Assembly (NCBI RefSeq): GCF_036321535.1
Contig: NC_087436.1
Location: 29,638,001-29,702,000 of the forward strand
DNA from: Camelus dromedarius
Lineage: Eukaryota
DNA length: 64,000 bases
Reading direction: 5' to 3'
The position numbers and the translations under genes are program-made. Below, in pieces: positions 53,561-64,000 of the stretch. A model generated the notes under the pieces. It worked only from the letters and a program-made list of their open reading frames with translations, was not told the DNA's origin and made no database searches. The first letter of the stretch is position 1. The number at the start of each line of letters is the position of its first letter.

Positions 53561-54919
53561 CAGTGAAACATTTAAGTGAAAGAAAACTGAATTCTCTTTG
53601 AAATCAACAAGAATATTAGTTATTACCTGCTTGAACAATTGATAACTAAATACCCTCCTTTACCAGTTTTTCCTATTTTAATATCTGCAAATCAAAGCAT
53701 TTTTAGACCTTTAAAGCTATAGTGACAGGCTGTTTCTTCATTTCCACTATCTGAAAAACTAGTTTTCTCATGTAGATTAGCATAAAGATTTGTCCTGTTT
53801 TTCTATGGTTAATTTAGAAAGAAAAAATTTTTAGTGGGTACAAATGTTAATGAAGACCATTAAATTGTTCAGCTTGCTTGTATTATAGATCATAGTTGTT
53901 TTTTTAAAATATCTTTTCTGTCTTATTAGCCAATAGAATCCCCATGGAGAAGCAGCATGGGTCTCCCAGAGAAGCACTGTATTTGATTGCTCTACCATCA
54001 TTCCATTTGGAGTCTATACCGTTGTAAGTGGTAGTAACTTGTCTTTTGGTAAACTAGTTGGCCTAAAAATAATCACTTTTAAACTTTTTAACTGAAACAT
54101 GATTTGAAAAAATAGTTTGAAAACATGTTCCCCATGTCTTTACTTCTTTCCATATTTTCTCTAAATTTGTATGTATAGATTTTTTCCTCACAAAGTGTGA
54201 TCGAGTATGTTGGCATTAATGTACTTGGAAGCATTTGGTTTAATAACTTTTTAAAAATAAAATGGAATTGCTTTGATTGGAGGAAATTACTGAATAAAGG
54301 CAGGCTACTGTCCCCGTTGCTTCAATTCTCTTCCTGAGACAGAAATATTAGTAAAGTTAAAAGGAGACCTACTAGCAGCTAGACTGTGATAGTAGAACTA
54401 AAAATTGAAGCAGAAACCACAACTTTCCAAACACTACTGCCACTTGCAAATTAAGAAAATATACCAAATATGACATAAAAGACAGATATCTAAGCTCAAA
54501 CACAACATTGGTGTATTTATATCAAGACCAGTGAAATATGTAACTAGCAGTAACTCAGCACAGAATCATGTTACTGAAAATAAAGGAACTGACTCTTCCA
54601 GTCACTTGGCTAGTTTACAAATTCTGAAGAATCATATAGCTAAGTTCAACCCTCCACAACCTAGAATCTTCACTGACTCCCTCTTGAGATATCTCATGAG
54701 TCTCTGTTTCCATTCTCCACTGCCACAACAAGCCAATATATTCAACTTTGTTTAACCGCAGGTGTGTTGCTGGTGGCCTTTGGTTAGTAAGCTTTAATAA
54801 GTATAATAAGTATAAGTCCTATAGAAATTTGTCTGAGACCCTCACTGCCATAGACCAGGACACCTGATTTGGTGACAGTGTGCAAATATGTGACTCCTTT
54901 AGTCTTCACCTGCTTGACG

Positions 54920-55350
54920 CACCAAACTGGAGACTATTCAAATGTCCATCAATAGTAGAATGCATAAATACATTGTGATCTAGTCATAAAATGACATATT
55001 ATACAATAATGACACTGAAAAGGTACAACAACAATACAAAACAATTGATGCTTCTCACAAACATAATAACTAGAGAAAGAAGTCACATACAAAAGAATAC
55101 ATACTGTATGACTATATTTGTATAAAGTTGCCAAACAAGCAAACATAATCAATACTGTTAGAAGTCAAATGATGATTACCATTGGTGGAGGAGTAACTGG
55201 AAGGGTATTTTGGAGGGATTCTGAATTCTTTTCAAGTTCTATTTATGACTTTGATTCTGAATACACAGGCATGTAAAGTATGTTTAAAAAATGAACATTC
55301 AGTGAATTGTGTTCCTTTACGAATAAGTGTTATATCTCAATAAAAGGTTA
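54920..55350 (+). mobile_element. Old L1 3' end (L1ME-like)
   Basis: 'caaatgtccatcaatagtagaatgcataaat...aagaagtcacatacaaaagaatacatactgtatga...tgttagaagtca...tgttatatctcaataaaa'. Confidence 0.85.
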
Positions 55351-57598
55351 GCAAAATAAAATAAACAAAAAACTAAATCCCCAAATATTAAGTAATATAT
55401 TTTCCCAACAAGATCTGCTCTACAAAAGGTGCTGTAGTTTCTTTTAAGAAAAGTAGATAGAACAAATTTCCATTTGATCATTGTCAGATGCTATTCAAAT
55501 TTAAAGAACTAGGCATATTAATTCAATAAAATTTTATTTCACCTAATAAAAAATCTTAGATTCAGGAAATTAGAAGAGGTTGTCTCAAAATACTGCAGAG
55601 ATATAAATTTTATTTCACAAATTTAAGAAATTAAATTTAGTATGAGTTTCTAGACAAATGTAAACCTATTAAATTGACGTTATTTTCTGATTACTTGTGC
55701 ATGTATTGACTGAATTAAAAAAATCATTTAGCTCAGCTGAAGACACATTTCTCTTTTCCTTCCTAAATTATTCCTTATCATTAAAAGCTCAAATAGGAAT
55801 GGCTATCTTGTCAAAGTCCTTCTATATACCCATATATCAAATACATAATTACCAATTATGTGGCATTCAGATTCTGAAAAATCTATTTTCAGTCAATAAA
55901 ATTCAGATTTAACCTGTGTTATTTTAAGACCTTGTAAACTTCAAAGCCTTCTCAGACTAGCAGAACAATGATAACCATTAGTTATTATAAACTGAATATG
56001 CTTATTTTATCAAATATTTGACTCAAAATTACCTTAATACTTAACTTAATTCACTTAATGTGATATTTTTAAAATAATCCCTGAAGTCAGGAGATCATTT
56101 CCTCAAAATAGTGTGTTGCTCCATGAAATATATTTCAAATTTGCACCAGATTAAACGCAATTCTGACATATTATTAGAGGTGTCAAAGTCTAGTTACTAC
56201 ATGGCCATTAAAATGAGCATTTTTTGAGCTATTTGGTAATTGACCATATTTATGACGACCTATAACAGAGTTGATCAAATAACTAAAAAAAAATTAAATG
56301 ACAATTGGCTGTTAAGGGATCTAGAATAATTGGCAAATATGATATCAATAATACCCAAAAGGAGACAACAAAATAAACACTTTAAAGGAAGTAATAATAA
56401 ATCAACCTAATTAAATAAGGCAGTATTAGCAAATGTGACAATAAAATTTCTCATCTTACTCATTTGCCAGCAGGAATAGGTTTAAAGATGCAGTTCTTTT
56501 AGCTCCTGCCATTAAACATTATCTAATACCAAAATATTATAAAATAACACATAATCTCATTTTTTCATAATTATCATTTAGGACATGTCATTTTATAATT
56601 ATCTTAGGTTGCTTTAAGAATAAAGAGGATCATATAAATTAAGGGGTAGAAAAATCTTTCCAATTACATAGTCTTTTACTTTGTTCTGTGTACTTTAACA
56701 GAGTCAAAAGTATTTGCTATACTCCCATAGCCAGAAATGTTCATAGGGTAATTAATTTATTTATGCCAGTTTATTAAATCTCCCAAAATTATCTTGATTT
56801 TTCAGATTTCACTTATTGAGTGAGTTGCTTTGTCTCCAATGAAAATTAGAAATACTTAATAAGAGAGATTTTAATATAGATAAATTTTTTTTGTCTCATA
56901 GAAATTATTATCTGTTTAAGAATTCAGATTTCAATGGTTCCTTATTTACTGGTTTTCTCTATTTCTCTGATGGAGAGTGTAGCCAAGTACTTGAGGCTTC
57001 AAGATGAGGAAAACATACCCAGATGACATTGGATCTTTATAATTGTGGTTGATAAGTCACTGTGCCCAAGTGTGTCTATCAGAAAAGTGTTGCATTTCCC
57101 TCATTCATCTTTGAACACCACCTTATAAATTACAACTCAACTTTATAAATTAAGTCAACGTTTATTGAGCATCTACTATATGCCTATAGCCAGCACATGG
57201 GAGAAACAGTTGAGTGGTTGCCAAACAAAAGCTTTTTCATTATTTACTAGAGCACCAAAACACTACAAGCAATTATAGTAAGGTAAATTGAACCCTTTCT
57301 GGCCATTAAAAAAACCTGTTAGCTATTTTTTTAGTCTATTTGTTTGGCTAGTCAGTTGAAATTCTGAAAATAAATTTTTAAAAATATCGGTGACAATTAC
57401 AAATAATTTTACAATATTGCAAACATATCTTAAAAGGAGTTGTTTCAAAACATACAAAGAAACCAAAAAGAGAAAACAACAGAGAAAAGTGGTAACATTT
57501 TTAGAATTAAAAAAAATACTCTATCTATATATGACCGTGTTTCTCCCAGCAAATTTTAGTAATAGAACATTAGCTTCTTCCTCAATCTAGATACGTTC

Positions 57599-57631
57599 TG
57601 TGTATGTGTATGTTATATATATTTAATATGA

Positions 57632-57667
<36 letters not shown>

Positions 57668-57765
57668 CACATTTATATTTATATATATAAATATATGTGT
57701 ATGTATATACATGCATACACATATATATGCACATACCAAAACATATACACATATAATTGTGTGTG
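57599..57765. repeat. Compound (TG)n/(TA)n/(CATA)n low-complexity tract
   Basis: Read directly. Confidence 0.9.
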
Positions 57766-57769
57766 AATT

Positions 57770-59010
57770 TTTTAGTGTAGTTGTTAAAATGGAAATACTG
57801 GATTAAAAAAATTGGTATTACATTCACTCCCTTAAAGTTTATACAAGGAGTGCATAAGGGCAGCTGCTTATCTGTCAACAAAGCCGAATTGTTCATGTCA
57901 TTCATCTTTTTGAAGTATTTGCAAAAAGAAGACAGACCAAGATGATATTTAGTTCATTTAAGTTATAATTTCTTGTTTGCAACTAAAGATGAGAGTTTTT
58001 CTGTTATCTGGCTATTTCTTCCGTGAATTGCCTGTTAATAAAATGTTCTACTCTAAAAGTATGGAAATATTCCCGATGATTTATCCTACTAACTTTACTT
58101 TTTAAAACTTAATGAAATATTTAATCAATTTGGAATTAATTTTGGTGTATGCAATAAAGATTTCCAAATTTTTATTCTTCAAATGATTAGTAACTTGTCA
58201 CAATGTAATTGATTATATTTTCCCCACAATGCCACCCCAAGTATACTCTGGGTTTTTACCTATATTTGAATTGCTTTAAGTGATATTCTATTTCTTTGAA
58301 CAATGTGCCTATTTGTTTGCTAGTAATCAAAATTTATTAGCTTAGTCCTTCATCTTACGTTTCATTGTCTACATTTTCCCTCTTTTCCAGTAATTTTATT
58401 CTTTTATTTGAGTTTCATAATATGCTTTTCCAGGTTCAAAAAAAAAAATAAAGTTCATAAATAAAATTAAATTCATTAATATGAAAACTGGCATATTTAA
58501 AATATTGACATTTTCTCCTTAAAACACTTCACATTCTCCCAGTTATTTATATATTTTATTTGATTAAATCAATAGGATTTAAGTTTTTCTGCCAGGGTTC
58601 TTCTTGTTCGTGATTTTTGTGAGTGATTAATTTAATCATTTTATTGTTATTGTAGTTAAGGTTGTTTTCTCTTGTTAAATTTTTGGGTCAGTTATTGATG
58701 CAGAAAAAAGCCACTGCTATTTGTATGTAAACTGCATAACAAATTTTATATATATTTGTTGTTGTACATATTAATTTTTTCATTTAATTGTAGTGTTGGT
58801 TTTTCTGAATATTGAATACATTACATACATTATGTATTCTAATGACAAATTTGTGTCATTTCTATTATTTTAATTGATTTATTTTTCTTGAATGCTTGAG
58901 TTTGCTGCTAATTCCAGAAAAAAAATATGGTAAACAAGAGTAGTGATTCTGAGCGTACTTATCTTCATTTGATTTAATCCTGACTTATGCTTCCGGTATT
59001 TCAACATTTA
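57770..59010 (-). mobile_element. Very old degraded LINE-1 (L1ME-type, ORF2 region)
   Basis: T-rich antisense motifs 'tttcttccgtgaattgcctgtt', 'tttggaattaattttggtgtatg', 'ggcatatttaaaatattga', 'ttttattgttattgta'. Confidence 0.55.
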
Positions 59011-62000
59011 GACTTCAGTTTTAGATTTATCCCTAGGCAGATGGAGGGATGGGAGATTACGAGAGTATATGAGACTGGGGGAAAGTGTGAAGGAAAAGGA
59101 TGGACAAGATGAATGCAGGTAACTAGGAAGCGGGGAGAGAGAGACTTAATTGAGTTTTTAATCAGTAAGTGATGTCAAATTTGTCAAATAACCCTTAAAC
59201 CTTTAATGAGCAAAACATATAGAAATACTAACCTGTTACTATGGTATTAGCAGATTTTCTAAGAATTACTCTCTTTATTTTTATAAATCCTGTGAATATT
59301 TACCTGTGCAATCTCATGACACCTGGCTGTGGTGGTACAAAATAGAAATATTAGTGACATTGCTATTATTATTTCAGTTCTGTTGCTAGCAGCACCTCTT
59401 CGAGATAAGAAAGTATGGCCTTGATGAGGGGTAGGGAGGAAGACAGTGTAAGTCAAACAGGTAACTGATGGAAGTAGGGATAAATTATAGCAGATGGATA
59501 AGGTGATCACAAATTATGTCAATTACAGAGTATGGTGTAAGCATGCTATTTCCATGCCATCATCTCTCCACAGGAGATAAAACTAAGAGTACACAATGGT
59601 GTGCACTAGTGGCTGCCTTTGGGAGAAATCTCTGAACCAGTAGGTTTTCTCTTGAGGATAACATTTGGATTCCTACTGATCTTTATGCTCTGTCGAAGGA
59701 CTCTTCCTTAGAAGTGACACAGAACTCCTGGTGACTCAATTTATGGGTACTTGACTGCAATGATCACTCAGTTCATGGTTTATAGGCTTTGCTTATGCTT
59801 CTGGTTAATATTAAGATGTCCTGAAGTAAATACTATAAATCATACCAATGGGGCAAAATAATTTGAAGAGTTGATCTTCTGCACTTTCTGTGACCATAAA
59901 TCAAGATGATGTGTTGCTAAGATTGCTGCCTTGGTGAGATGGGAAACAGATTGCTGCTTCCTACCTGGTATATCATAGCTTAACGTGCCCCTTCAAATAT
60001 GTCAAATATATATGTGGATGAAATCATTTAAGGAAAATGTAAATGCAACCTTGAGGGAGGTAGACTTGGCAATGGGCTATTACAGATTATTCTGACAAAA
60101 TACTTTTATGGAAATTGTTATGGCACACCCCTGTAAGGACAACTTTATTGGGTGTTGACTATGCCCATGTGCAGCTTCAAGGCACATGGTATTTTTGGTA
60201 CAGATCATTTCCCCTAACTGAACACATTCCATCAGTCTGCAACAACATATATGGTGGTTTGTTTCACGCTGGCTTTGCCATTGCAAACATCCTGCAGATA
60301 TCTTCAGGAATGAGTCAGGCAGATACAAATATTTCCTGGAGACTCATCATCTTAATAAAATAAAGACTTGCTAACCAAAATAAGATCACTCATCAGAACT
60401 CTTCCAGGAGACTGGAATAACAGTCTGTATGCAGACCCAAAGGAACTTCATATCCATCAACAGTGCTGGAAGCTGGCTTGCAGCCTCAGCCAGTAAAGAG
60501 AATTGATATTCTAATCACTACAGAACTCCATGCCTTTCAGTTTTAGTGGCTTAATTTGCTAGAAAATCAAGTCAAAGAAATGAAGGAAATAAGTTGTGGC
60601 CGTTATCACTCTTATTTATTACTCAATTACCATGGGTAAACTATAATTTATCTTCTCTGAGGTTCAGCTGATGAAATTAAGCAGATAAAGATATAACATC
60701 ATGTCATCTCTGTGGGATGGTAGATGGGTGGTATCTGTAAAAATCCATACCATGAGACCTGTGATATGGTTATGTTAACATACCATATAGAATTTAGAAT
60801 TTATTGAACATTGCCTTATAATAATCATCCCAGTCACTGCAAGTATAAGGTACATGAAAAGAGATCTTTTTTGAGGGAGAGGGAATGGAGAATGATGTGG
60901 TAATTTTAAGTGAAGTACAATGTGTCAAGCATTACCTCTTTGCTATAGGTAGGCAGTATAACAAAGAGTTTGAAAGTCCATTGATAAAATTAAGTGAAAC
61001 TGAGGTGAATAAAAATAATGATGCTCAGTATGAGAAAATATTTTGTTAACATAAGTTGAAGCCCTCAACTAATGTGATATCATGGAAATTGATCAGCTAG
61101 AAAATGAAATGAATTTGACCTTAGAAAAATTACATGCATATTAAATGCATCACTGTATATGAAAAGTTTCAACTATCTGTAGGTATTAGATGTAAAAGAA
61201 CTACTTGAACTGGCACACACACATGCACACACAAAAGAGAGCTATGAAGGGATACGGTCACAATTAACATGCTTTATAGAATGAATTGCTATTCTGCACT
61301 AGATGGTTCAAACTCTTTTTATATAATAGCAGGCATCTTCTTTGTGTAAAGTATCATCTCAAATATTGCAAGATAAGTAACAAGAAAATACTCAACAAAA
61401 AAGTGTGGAAGGTGATCTCAATCAAGGTAAGAGGGTGCGCTTGGAAGATAGGGAAGGGGAGGATTAAAACAGCTGGCCTTAGATCCATTTCTCTCCTGGC
61501 TACCAGGGAGTAAGAACACAGGGGAACAATCTAATCTTACATTCTGTTGGTTAAAACCAAGTCACATTCACTCCTGGATTTTTGGCACAAAAAGAAAAAA
61601 AAAAGAAAAGAAAAAGAGAAAAATCAACTAACCAACCAAACAAAAAACTAAGTCACAACTTCCTGTTTCAGCTCTGAGCTTGGAAGTGAACACAGTATAC
61701 TGACACCGACTGTATGTCTTACTGGTGTATTCTCAGGCCAGAAAAAGACAAGGGAATCTTGAAATTTACCTAGTAAATTTTTTTCTATCCCTTTGAAAAA
61801 GGTCTTGGTTACTGTACTTGGGTCCTAACACTCTGCTCTGGGCCACATTCCTGACATATGTCTTCCTCATCCTGCCTGTTTGCCTGGGATCATCCTCTCC
61901 ATCGCGTTGAAGCATCAATACTCATGCAGGTTTGCCTCCTTGTGGATATGGTTTGTAAGCCTCTTCACATGTTCTCCTTAAACTTACCTGGACTGATGAG

Positions 62001-62552
62001 AACCTTGGGAACTTTCCTAAATATACATAACTAGAACTGTAGAGACTCCAAGCCAAAACAACTACATATATGATAAGTGCAATTACAAACAAAAATTGGT
62101 GTAGAAGTCTGAATATATACTGTAATATGATACAATTCTCATGTATAAGGAGAGGAAGCAAACATTCCTGTGTAATGTCATCTTAATATGTAACATTCAC
62201 CAATTCCCCTCTATGTTTTCAAAATCTCTTAGATTGCTCTTTATGGCAACAGAATTTAATTCAGAATGAGTAACAGCTGAATTTGTATCCACCTGCACTA
62301 TGTATGTGCGTGCATGCGTGTGTGTGGGTGTGTATGATTTAAGCCACCAACACTAAGCGTAAAACCATTGTGAGGCAGCACTTGCTGAATCAAATCTCTT
62401 GAAATCAGAAATAAGCATGCTTACTAAGTAATGTCATATGATTATAATGAAGCTAAATCAAACTTTTCTTTCTAAAAATTTGAAATTCTTTGTTCTCCAT
62501 AAGTTTTGTTAAGAATTATATAAAAGAAATAAAATATATCTCAATGCTTTTT

Positions 62553-62989
62553 TGCTGCGTCCAGCACAGCTCGGGACCGTATCTGAGGACAGGCGATTCA
62601 AGACTTAAGAAACAGAGACAAAGTAAAGAGCAAAGATGGGACCAGGGGACTCAAGATCTCGTGGCTCTAGAGCCCCGAAAGCCTGGTCGACATCATATTT
62701 ATTAGGAGTATACAGCTCAGAAAAAAATGTGACCATAGAGGTGGGGCTATCCCACCAGGAACAAACACCCTCCTTCGGGTATGCAGATTTTCTAAGTCTA
62801 TCCTGTTATTGCCTCCAGGACATCTCGAGATAGCAAATAATTCCCTCGGGTTAAACAGCATGATTTCATGCCAGAACAAAGTTCTGTTAATTGATGTTCT
62901 GGCTTCCAGGACCCTCAATTGTTCCACCCTAAGGAAATAATCTGCCCTCCTTCATGCCCTTATGGTCAATCTCAGGATTTCTCCTTACA
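62553..62989 (-). mobile_element. Solo LTR, probably ERVK (class II) type, 437 bp
   Basis: Minus strand begins tgtaaggag and ends gagctgtgctggacgcagca; AATAAA at 62698-62703 (minus). Ten CpGs retained in a CpG-poor background. Confidence 0.75.
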
Positions 62990-63329
62990 AATTTTCTTTA
63001 GCATAATACGTGCTATAGGTCATCTACTCTGTAAAACATTAAAACAAAGCAAGCGTGCACATTTTAAGCAAGCAAATGTGACTATAATATTTTAAGCTCA
63101 TGGAAATTTAGGTGAGGCTTATTTTCTAGTGGCTTGTTTTCCAGCGGCTTTTCCAGCACTTTTTGAGATTAACATGAGTTATTTGAGTACAGAGTTAGAA
63201 GATAAGGTGTGATAATTGTATTTATATTTAAACCCTTCATTCACTGTAAATGTTTATATATGGGAATTTAGGAAGTGGGTTGCATATGCACAGTAATTTG
63301 AATTATATTTATTTATATAATTGCCATAG

Positions 63330-63540
63330 CTGATAAATTATTGAGATCTTTATACCAGGCACTGACAGAGACCTACAAGTGGACTGTTTAATTTGATTCT
63401 CACTCCTAGTCTAGTGAAGATGATTACTTTTTCATTGTTATATACAAAGAAACAGAGATCTGTTCAAATTCTCACAATTGGGGAAAAAAGGCCAGGAGGA
63501 GACAGTCATGTGAGCCCAGAAACCTAACTACTGTATTATA
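63330..63540 (-). mobile_element. MIR SINE (degraded)
   Basis: 'ttattgagatctttataccaggcactg...tttgattctcac...atacaaagaaacagagatc'. Confidence 0.45.
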
Positions 63541-64000
63541 CTGCCTCCTTGTCAGCATTATTGTCTAAATCTCATACATGCAAATAAATTATTTCAGAAT
63601 GAATTTCACGTTTATTTGTGTTTATCCAAATTATTTATACAAAATTATAATAAAATAATTATTTCTTTTTTACCAAAATGTAACATTATTCAAATTGATT
63701 AAACTACTTATTTTACACATTAGTTCCTTTTATAAAAAAAAAAAAACTCTCACACACTATGTGTAATTTGAGACATTTCAATAGAACCTAATTTTTTTCT
63801 ACAGAAAAAAATAATGTTGAATTGAATCTGTAAACACTTCGTATCATAATTTTCTTTACAAAAATTGTTGTAACAATTTACTTAGGTTTATGTAACATAG
63901 ATGACTTGGTAGTGGAAAATAAACTTGTACAAATAACTCCCAAATAGGAACAAACATAGTATCAGAAATGAATAATGTTCAGTAAGCTTGTTATTATTTT

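Overview
AT-rich mammalian genomic DNA, either a gene desert or the interior of a very large intron. The L1 3' ends look cetartiodactyl and most like camelid L1. I saw no Alu, Bov-tA, PRE-1 or Can-SINE copies; the taxon is an inference from recalled consensus sequences. I found no intact protein-coding gene, RNA gene or CRISPR-like system. The only gene-derived sequence is an intronless HSPA8 (Hsc70) processed pseudogene on the minus strand (~27367-28500). It runs from the mRNA 5' end to about codon 352, lacks the 3' half and poly(A), and is much more diverged at its 5' end, with a cluster of A>G changes. The rest is interspersed repeats and microsatellites: old and young L1 (two with 5' inversions), L2, MIR, MaLR/ERVL/ERV1/ERVK-type solo LTRs, MER20, MER5 and MER82. 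Minor oddities are a 48-bp dispersed duplication, a candidate non-coding exon and an unassigned ~1.1-kb segment. Repeat subfamily names come from memory of consensus sequences and need RepeatMasker/Dfam confirmation. I do not see evidence for a new multi-gene system here.
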